In this document: positions 57,290 to 64,000 of the stretch, in pieces
Numbering within the stretch: the stretch's first letter is position 1
Layout of the letters: every line of letters starts with the position of its first letter
Assembly (NCBI GenBank): GCA_963746845.1
Contig: CAVVCZ010000005.1
Location: forward strand, 416,001-480,000
Direction: 5' to 3'
DNA from: an uncultured Chloroflexia bacterium
GTDB taxonomy: Bacteria > Chloroflexota > Limnocylindria > Limnocylindrales > CSP1-4
DNA length: 64,000 nucleotides
Notes under the pieces: generated by a model
Told to the model about the DNA's origin: nothing
Database searches by the model: none
The model's input: only the letters and a program-made list of their open reading frames with translations
Translations under genes and position numbers: made by a program

Positions 57290-60200
57290 TCAGAGGCCGC
57301 ACGGGCCGACGTCGGGGCCGAACGTTCGGGCCGCGTCGACGCGGTCTTCGGGAACGCACGGGACATCGATCGCGCCGGCGACGATCCGAGCACCAAGTGT
57401 CTCGAGACGCGGACGGAGGTCGTCGATGAACCCGCCGCTGTACGAGAGGGCAACGCCCTGGGAGGCGAGGTCGAAGATGCGGGTGCCAGAACGAAACTCG
57501 CCCTTCGCGAATTCCTTCAGCAAGGTGTAGACGGCCAGGTCCTGGTGGAGGACCACCGACGTCAGGATGTGGCTGCGCCACGCGTCCGGATCGACCGCGC
57601 CAGTCAAGGATCGGACCGTCTCGAACTGGTCGCTGTCGACGCCGATCGCCCAAAGTTGCCGGCCGGGCCGGGACATCGTCGTTGCCGCGTCGAAGACGCC
57701 GATGCCGGACCCGCCGGCAGCGTGGAAGATGACGTCGGCACCGGCGTCATACATTGCGCGGGCCGCGTCTCGGGCGCCCATCGGATTGTCGAACGCGCGA
57801 TGGAAATCGGCTCGCGACAAGTACGTCGAGAGGATCCGCACCTCCGGATCGATGCTCCGCGCTCCGGCCTCGAACCCCGCCTGGAATCTCCACAGATACG
57901 GGTGGTCGAGGCCCCCGATGAAGCCGATCACCCTCCCGTTGCTCGTCAGGGCCGCGGCCGCTCCGGCGAGGAACGACCCTTCCTTCGTGGCGAACGCGAT
58001 CGTCGACACATTCGGCGCCACGACCTTCGCGTCGACGACGAAACGCGTCGCCGGGTAGTCGTGAATGACCGGCCGGACGTCGTCGACGACGGCTCCCGAG
58101 ACGATGATGAGCTCGGCGCCTTCGGCTGCCAGGCTCCGGAGCTCCGTCGCGGCCCCCTCGCTCTCGTCGTACAGGCGCTCCTTGCCGGCGAGGCTGAAGT
58201 CGGCAACCGCGCGATCGAACCCGTCCTCATTGAGGTCGTCGAGGGCGGCCACGCCGGGCTTCAACAGGGCCACGCGCGGGACATGGGCGATCGCCGTCGC
58301 CCAGACGCCATAGCCAACCGCGCCGCCGAGCAAGGCAATCGCGATCACAAGGGCGACCAGCCGGATCCGCGCGCGGCCCTCGAGCCGTCGGTTCGTGTCG
58401 CGTCGCGCGGCCTCCTCGCGCTGCTCGAGATCGCGCCGAGCGACGCCCGCGTCGAGGAACGCTCGTTCACGGTCGTTCAGGTGGAGGACACCCTCCCGGC
58501 TCAGCGTCTCGAACTCGGCCAGTCGCCCACCCGCAAGGAGGTAGTCCGGGTCGCGCCCGGACAGCTCCCATTCCTCGACCGCACCTGCAAACGCCTCGTG
58601 GCGTCTCAGGGCACTTCGGTGTCGGTCGATCCAGCCGGCGAGTCGTTCCCACTCCCGGAAGAGCGCCTCATGGGCGACCTCGACCATCGCCTTGCCCGTG
58701 ACCATGTCGCGATCGAACGAGAGGAGACGATGGCGCCCGAATGCCCCGAGCACCTCGGATAGCACGACCGGATCGAGGTCCAATCCGGTCAGGTCGGAGA
58801 GGGGGACTCGCTGCCGCGAGTCGACCGGGCCGCCGCCCAGCCGGACGAGGCGAAGGAACACCTGCATCGCGGCCCGCTGCTCATCGGGGCTCAACGCGGC
58901 GTACAACCCTTCGGCTCGTCTCGAGAGGATCCCGTTCAGGCCACCGAGGGCGCGGTAGCCGGAGAGGGTGAGGCCGGCCGGCGCCCGCTGATCGAACAGC
59001 TCGGTGAGGGCGTACTGAAGGAGGGGCAGCGCGCTGGATCGATCGGCGGTCTCGGCGACGATCTCGGCGACCAGAGCCGGCTCCACGGGCACGCCGACCC
59101 GCGCCGCGGGACCGACGATTGCCGCCTCGAGCTCGGTCCGGGTCATCGGCAACACGTTCACGACCGCGGGAATGAACACCTCGGCGAACGGCGGGTCGTT
59201 GAGGGGTCGGTCGTAGAAGTCGGCCCGGAGCGCGAGGACGACGACGAGCTGGCCCTCCGGCTCCGCGACGGCGGCGGCGAGCGCACCGAGGAACCGCCGC
59301 CGGACAGGCTCGTCAGTGACCGAGAAGACCTCCTCGAACTGATCGATGGCCAGGACCAGCCGCCCGTCGTCCGGCATGGTCCGAAGGGCCGGCGGACCCG
59401 AGCCCGCCGCCCGTTCGTCGAGCAGCTGCGCGAGCCCGACCGGCAGGCCCGCAATCTTCGAGACCACGGCCTCGACCTGCTCCAGCGGGTGCGGGCCCGG
59501 GATGAACGGTGCGATGAGCCACCGTTCCGATCCGGGGATCGCCCCCGCCCGCAGGCTGCGCAGCAGGCCGGCCGCCAGGACGCTCGACTTCCCCGATCCC
59601 GACGGCCCGACGAGGGCGATCAGGCGCGACCCCTCCCGGAGTCGATCGAGCAGCCTCGTCAGGAGCTCCTCTCGTCCGAAGTAGTCGGCCGCGTCGGATT
59701 CGGCGAAGGGCCGCAGGCCCTTGTACGGATTGCGCGACTCGCGGGGGTCGGCCGCGAGGTCGGCGGGCACCATGAGTGCCGGGTCGTGGACCAGGATCCG
59801 CTCGTGCATCCGCTGGATCGGCGGGGACGGCTCGAGACCCAGCTCTTCGTCGAGGATGGCCCGGAGTCGTTCGTACGACCGCAGGGCCTCGGCATGTCGC
59901 CCGGATCGGTACAGCGCCAGCATCAGCAGCTCGCGGGACCGTTCCCGCATCGGATCCTCGCGGATGGCCGAATCGAGAAGCGAGATCACGTCGGCCGCCC
60001 GGCCGGATGTCAGCTCCGCGGATGCCAGGGCCTCGATGCCGTCGAGGTGCACGTCGTGCAACCGACGAATCTGGGGTTGGGCGAACTCGTCGTAGGCGAA
60101 GTCGGACAGAGGCGGACCGCGCCACAGGTCCAGGGCGGCGCGGACGATGGCCGCGCCGTCGTCGCGCTCGCCCGCCTCGATCCTGCGCGTTCCGTCCTCG

Positions 60201-60520
60201 ATCAGTCGCTCGAACCGGCGGGCGTCGATGGCGTCCGGGTCGGCCCCCAGCATGTAGCCGGGTGGACGCGTGACGATGAGGCGATCGCCGGCGAATGGCT
60301 CGAGCGTCTTCCGGAGCTCGGAGACGTAGATCTGGATCGAATGCAGGGCGGTCCGTGGAGGGCTGTCCCCCCACAACAGGTCGATCAACCGGTCTGCCGG
60401 GACGATCTCCCCGACGTGCAGGAGGAGGATGGCCAGGACGGCCCGCTGCTTGGGCGGACCCAGCTCGGCCCGCGCCCCGTCGGTCCCCGCCTCGAGTGTC
60501 CCGAGGATCCGGAACTGCAT
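57290..60520 (-). CDS. SARP-type (OmpR-HTH + BTAD) regulator fused to nSTAND NTPase, TM helix and extracellular Bmp-family solute-binding domain
   Basis: FRILG.L...PKQRAVLA.L; LWRGPPL, DP.RE...LMLALYRSGR; NPYKGLRPF, GPSGSGKSS, IDQFEEVF, LPLLQYAL, EVAHEAL; TM LVALVIAIALLGGAVGYGVW; EGSFLAG, IGFIGG, GADVIFHAAGGSG, AIGVDSDQ. Confidence 0.88.
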   Translation of the reverse strand: MQFRILGTLEAGTDGARAELGPPKQRAVLAILLLHVGEIVPADRLIDLLWGDSPPRTALHSIQIYVSELRKTLEPFAGDRLIVTRPPGYMLGADPDAIDARRFERLIEDGTRRIEAGERDDGAAIVRAALDLWRGPPLSDFAYDEFAQPQIRRLHDVHLDGIEALASAELTSGRAADVISLLDSAIREDPMRERSRELLMLALYRSGRHAEALRSYERLRAILDEELGLEPSPPIQRMHERILVHDPALMVPADLAADPRESRNPYKGLRPFAESDAADYFGREELLTRLLDRLREGSRLIALVGPSGSGKSSVLAAGLLRSLRAGAIPGSERWLIAPFIPGPHPLEQVEAVVSKIAGLPVGLAQLLDERAAGSGPPALRTMPDDGRLVLAIDQFEEVFSVTDEPVRRRFLGALAAAVAEPEGQLVVVLALRADFYDRPLNDPPFAEVFIPAVVNVLPMTRTELEAAIVGPAARVGVPVEPALVAEIVAETADRSSALPLLQYALTELFDQRAPAGLTLSGYRALGGLNGILSRRAEGLYAALSPDEQRAAMQVFLRLVRLGGGPVDSRQRVPLSDLTGLDLDPVVLSEVLGAFGRHRLLSFDRDMVTGKAMVEVAHEALFREWERLAGWIDRHRSALRRHEAFAGAVEEWELSGRDPDYLLAGGRLAEFETLSREGVLHLNDRERAFLDAGVARRDLEQREEAARRDTNRRLEGRARIRLVALVIAIALLGGAVGYGVWATAIAHVPRVALLKPGVAALDDLNEDGFDRAVADFSLAGKERLYDESEGAATELRSLAAEGAELIIVSGAVVDDVRPVIHDYPATRFVVDAKVVAPNVSTIAFATKEGSFLAGAAAALTSNGRVIGFIGGLDHPYLWRFQAGFEAGARSIDPEVRILSTYLSRADFHRAFDNPMGARDAARAMYDAGADVIFHAAGGSGIGVFDAATTMSRPGRQLWAIGVDSDQFETVRSLTGAVDPDAWRSHILTSVVLHQDLAVYTLLKEFAKGEFRSGTRIFDLASQGVALSYSGGFIDDLRPRLETLGARIVAGAIDVPCVPEDRVDAARTFGPDVGPCGL

Positions 60521-60604
60521 CGACTGCCTCGCTGGCGCCGCGACTGTGGCCGATGGTGGGCGCGGCCACACGCGCGGTCAACTCCGGGACAGGCTGGTGA
60601 CGGG

Positions 60605-60626
60605 CGTTCTAGGGACGCTCTACGGC
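60605..60626 (-). promoter_or_regulatory. Candidate SARP-binding direct repeat upstream of the BTAD gene
   Basis: CGTTCTA-N4-CGCTCTA-CGGC, 11-bp period; matches the 57256-57277 box. Confidence 0.5.
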
Positions 60627-60766
60627 CGACGGACGCGGTTGGTGTGCAGGTCCGCACGCTTCGCACGCGAGGCCGATCGCGATCCGGAGTACGCTTGTGG
60701 CCTGACCGGTCGGTGTACCGGCGTCCGCTGTGGACGCCCTCGGCCCTTCTTGAGCAAGGACCGACC

Positions 60767-61750
60767 ATGGTGACCGACGACTCCGTGCGCGCCACTGCGC
60801 TCACGCCAGCTCCCACTGTGGCATCCCTCGCGGATGATCGTGCCCTCCTCGAGGAGCTCGAACCCGAGGCCGCCCGCCTGTACGACCGCCACGCGAAGGT
60901 CGCCCAGGAGTGGTTCCCCCACGACTACATCCCGTACCGGCTCGGGCGCGACTTCGACAAGGAGCCCTGGACGCCCGACCAGCCGCGGCTGACCGGCGTC
61001 GCCCAGATCAGCTTCGAGGTCAACCTCCTGACCGAGGACAACCTGCCCTCCTACCACCGCCTGATCCACGGGATGTTCGGATCCGGCGACGGCGCGTGGA
61101 TCAACTGGATCGGGCGCTGGACGGCCGAGGAGGGCCGCCACGCGATCGTCCTCCGCGACTACCTCACGGTGACCCGGAACCTCGACCCGATCGCCCTCGA
61201 GCGCGGCCGGATGACGCAGCTCCAGCAGGGCTACGACCGCGAATCGATCGACACGCTCCGCGGCCTCGCCTATGTCGCGTTCCAGGAGCTCGCAACGCGG
61301 ATCTCGCATCGGAACACGGGGCGCTACTCACAGGACCCGGTCGCCGACAAGATCATGACGAGGATCGCGGCCGACGAGAACCTCCACATGGTCTTCTACC
61401 GCGACATCCTCGCCGCGGCGCTGAAGATCCAGCCGTCGCGAGCGGTCCAGGCGATCGTCGCGGAGGTCCTCGCGTTCGAGATGCCCGGCAACGGAATCCC
61501 CGGGTTCCTCCGGAAGGCCGCCGCGATCGCGCGGGCCGGGATCTACGACATCCGGATCCACCGCGACGAGGTCCTGCTGCCGATCCTCAACCACTGGCGG
61601 ATCTTCGAGCTGACCGGGCTCGATGCGGCCGCCGAGGACGCCCGCCGGGTCCTCGCCGAGCATCTCGACAAGCTCGAGGTCGCCGCGAAGCGGTTCGAGG
61701 AGAAGATGGCCCTGACCGGGGACCGCGAGCGACTGATCCGCGTCGGCTGA
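60767..61750 (+). CDS. Acyl-ACP desaturase (DesA-like, di-iron)
   Basis: W.PHDYIP, LTEDNLPSY, WTAEEGRH, FQELATRISH, DENLH; AAGGA RBS. Confidence 0.95.
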   Translation: MVTDDSVRATALTPAPTVASLADDRALLEELEPEAARLYDRHAKVAQEWFPHDYIPYRLGRDFDKEPWTPDQPRLTGVAQISFEVNLLTEDNLPSYHRLIHGMFGSGDGAWINWIGRWTAEEGRHAIVLRDYLTVTRNLDPIALERGRMTQLQQGYDRESIDTLRGLAYVAFQELATRISHRNTGRYSQDPVADKIMTRIAADENLHMVFYRDILAAALKIQPSRAVQAIVAEVLAFEMPGNGIPGFLRKAAAIARAGIYDIRIHRDEVLLPILNHWRIFELTGLDAAAEDARRVLAEHLDKLEVAAKRFEEKMALTGDRERLIRVG

Positions 61751-61822
61751 CGACAGAGGTCCGTCGACGGCCCGCCCGCCCTCGTAGGATTGGCCGACCA
61801 GCCGATCAGACACGAGGACCTG

Positions 61823-63130
61823 ATGGCCGAACCCCTGACCATCCTGTTCATGCCCGAGTCGGCGTACGGGCCGACGAACAACTGCATCGGGATCGGCGAC
61901 GTGCTCCGGCGCCGCGGGCACCGGGTCGTGTTCGCCGCGGAGGCGTCGTGGGCCGGCCGGCTCGAGCCGCTCGGGTTCGTCGAGGATCTGGTCGACCTCG
62001 CGCCGCCCCCGCCTTCGGACGCACCGGCCCAGGACGCCGGTCAGTTCTGGAAGGACTTCATCCGCGACACCGCGCCGGAGTTCCGCAAGCCGACGATCCA
62101 GCAGCTCGACACGTTCATGGTCCCGACGTGGCAGGCCCTGATCGACGGAGCGAGGTACTGCGAGCCGCACCTGCGCGAGATCATCGCCCGCCAGGGGCCG
62201 GACGTCATCGTCGAGGACAACGTCGTCGCCTTCCCGGCGCTCGAGACGGCCGGCAAGCCGTACGTCCGGATGGTGTCGTGCAATCCGCTCGAGATCCGCG
62301 GGCCGGGGATCGCGCCGACCTACTCGGGCCTGCCGGCCGATGACCCGTCGGAATGGGAAGCCTTCCGCGAGGAATATGACCGCACGCATCGGCCGACCTG
62401 GGAGGCCTTCGACGCCTGGTGCCGCGAGCATGGCACGGAGCCGCTCCCCGAGCTGGAGTTCGAGCATCCGTCGCGCGACCTGAACATTTACGTCTACCCG
62501 CAAGTCGCCGATTACGTCGACCGCCGCCCGCTCGATCCGCGGCTGTGGCAGCGGCTGGACTCCTCGGTCCGGGCGACCGACGCCGCCTTCGAGCTCCCGG
62601 AGGCGATTGCAGACCGGCCTGCCGGGTCCGGGCTCGTCTACCTGTCGCTCGGCTCGCTCGGCAGCGCGGACGTCTCGCTGATGCGGCGGCTGGTCGAGGT
62701 CCTCGGCGACACGCCCCACCGGTACATCGTCTCCAAGGGGCCCCAGCACGCGGACTACGACCTCGCGCCGAACATGTGGGGTGCGGAGTTCCTGCCGCAG
62801 ACCTCGATCATCCCGCTCGTCGACCTCGTGATCACCCACGGCGGCAACAACACGACGACCGAGGCATTCCACTTCGGCAAGCCGATGGTCGTGCTGCCGC
62901 TGTTCTGGGACCAGTACGACAACGCCCAGCGGGTCGACGAGACCGGGTTCGGGGTCCGGCTGCCGACGTACGCGTTCGAGCCGGCCGACCTGGCGGGCGC
63001 GATCGACGGCCTCCTGACCGACGGCGAGCTGCGGACGAGGATGGCCGGGATCGGGGCGGAGATCCGGGCACGGGACGGGGTCGCGAAGGCCGCGGCCGCG
63101 ATCGAGTCGGTGGGGCTGGCGCACCGGTGA
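61823..63130 (+). CDS. Family 1 (UDP/macrolide-type) glycosyltransferase
   Basis: VYLSLGS, FLPQ, ITHGGNNT..EA...GKP.VVLP...DQ. Confidence 0.92.
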   Translation: MAEPLTILFMPESAYGPTNNCIGIGDVLRRRGHRVVFAAEASWAGRLEPLGFVEDLVDLAPPPPSDAPAQDAGQFWKDFIRDTAPEFRKPTIQQLDTFMVPTWQALIDGARYCEPHLREIIARQGPDVIVEDNVVAFPALETAGKPYVRMVSCNPLEIRGPGIAPTYSGLPADDPSEWEAFREEYDRTHRPTWEAFDAWCREHGTEPLPELEFEHPSRDLNIYVYPQVADYVDRRPLDPRLWQRLDSSVRATDAAFELPEAIADRPAGSGLVYLSLGSLGSADVSLMRRLVEVLGDTPHRYIVSKGPQHADYDLAPNMWGAEFLPQTSIIPLVDLVITHGGNNTTTEAFHFGKPMVVLPLFWDQYDNAQRVDETGFGVRLPTYAFEPADLAGAIDGLLTDGELRTRMAGIGAEIRARDGVAKAAAAIESVGLAHR

Positions 63131-63954
63131 GTCCCGCCGCCACGGCGACACCCGTCCACGAGATGCGCGCCGTCCGCGCGACCCGCTACGTCACCGCGTT
63201 CCGCGAGGGCGGGTCGCTGCCCGGGCTCGTCGAGGCGGACGATGACGGGATGTACGTCGTGAAGTTCCGCGGCGCCGGGCAGGGCCCGCGCGTCCTCGTC
63301 GCGGAGTGGCTCGCCGGCGAGATCGCCCGCGCGCTCGGGCTGCTCGTCCCGGACATCGTCTCCGTCGATCTCGTCAAGGCGATCGCGGACCCCGAGCCCG
63401 ACCCGGAGATCCACGACCTGCTCGTCGCGAGCGTTGGGCGCAACATCGGCCTCGACTTCCTGCCGGGCTCGCTGACCTTCAACCCGGCGGTCGACCGGGT
63501 GGCCGATCCGGACTGGGCGGCCGCGGTGGTCTGGCTCGACGGGCTGGTGACGAACCCCGATCGCTCGCCGAAGAACCCGAACCTGCTGACCTGGGGCGGC
63601 CGGACCTGGCTGATCGACCACGGGGCGTCCCTGTACATCCACCACACCTGGCGCGCTCCATCCGCGCACGCGCGTCGGCCGCACGCCGAGCGGCTGTCCG
63701 ACCACGTCCTGCTGCCGTTCGCGTCGTCGATCGCCGACACCGATGCCCGTCTGGCTTCGCTGCTGACGGCCGAGCTGCTGGAGTCGCTGGTCGCGGCCAT
63801 CCCCGATGACTGGCTGGCGCCGGATCCGGTGATCGGGTCCGCCGCCGATCAGCGGCTGGCATACGTCGCCTACCTCCGAGGCCGGTTGGAGGCGCCGCGG
63901 CCGTTCGTCGAGGACGCCGATCGCCTCCGCCTCGCCGCCGGGGCAGCTGCGTGA
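63127..63954 (+). CDS. HipA-like kinase
   Basis: REGGSLP, YVVKFRGAGQG, NPDRS..NPNLL, LIDHG; GTGA overlap. Confidence 0.88.
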   Translation: MSPAATATPVHEMRAVRATRYVTAFREGGSLPGLVEADDDGMYVVKFRGAGQGPRVLVAEWLAGEIARALGLLVPDIVSVDLVKAIADPEPDPEIHDLLVASVGRNIGLDFLPGSLTFNPAVDRVADPDWAAAVVWLDGLVTNPDRSPKNPNLLTWGGRTWLIDHGASLYIHHTWRAPSAHARRPHAERLSDHVLLPFASSIADTDARLASLLTAELLESLVAAIPDDWLAPDPVIGSAADQRLAYVAYLRGRLEAPRPFVEDADRLRLAAGAAA

Positions 63955-64000
63955 TGGCCGGCCACTCGTTCCAGTACGCCATCGTCCGCATCGTCCCGCG
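63954..64000 (+). CDS. DUF3037-like protein, 5' fragment (runs off the right edge)
   Basis: TGATG overlap; MAGHSFQYAIVRIVP matches the Y-A-hydrophobic-R-x-VP start of the usual HipA-like kinase partner. Confidence 0.7.
   Translation, partial: MAGHSFQYAIVRIVP

Overview
High-GC bacterial chromosome segment (gene content and style suggest Chloroflexota or Actinomycetota; this is inference) with about 62 CDS and one tRNA. No transposase, integrase, prophage gene, rRNA or CRISPR array was recognised. Main blocks: (i) a tRNA-Ile with the rare UAU anticodon; (ii) a C-S lyase diverging from a rhodanese that lacks its catalytic Cys, and an ATP-dependent DNA ligase diverging from a GNAT; (iii) a MerR fusion with a classic operator and an internal in-frame start; (iv) a ~20-kb betaine/methylglycine catabolism region (OpuC-type ABC importer, enolase-family racemase, ALDH, non-pyrrolysine MttB, dimethylglycine dehydrogenase, a rearranged and compact sarcosine oxidase, Fe-ADH); (v) GT2/flippase, an S8 protease and a MarR-regulated ABC exporter; (vi) a paaR-paaABCD-paaH-paaJ phenylacetate cluster; (vii) a SARP(BTAD)-nSTAND NTPase-TM-Bmp one-component sensor with matching SARP-like heptamer repeats upstream of itself and of an adjacent lipoprotein gene; (viii) acyl-ACP desaturase, GT1, HipA-like kinase and DUF3037. 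Many transcription units look leaderless (a -10-like hexamer 6-8 nt before the start codon). All calls come from reading motifs by eye; no database search was run. Several starts were moved from the ORF track.
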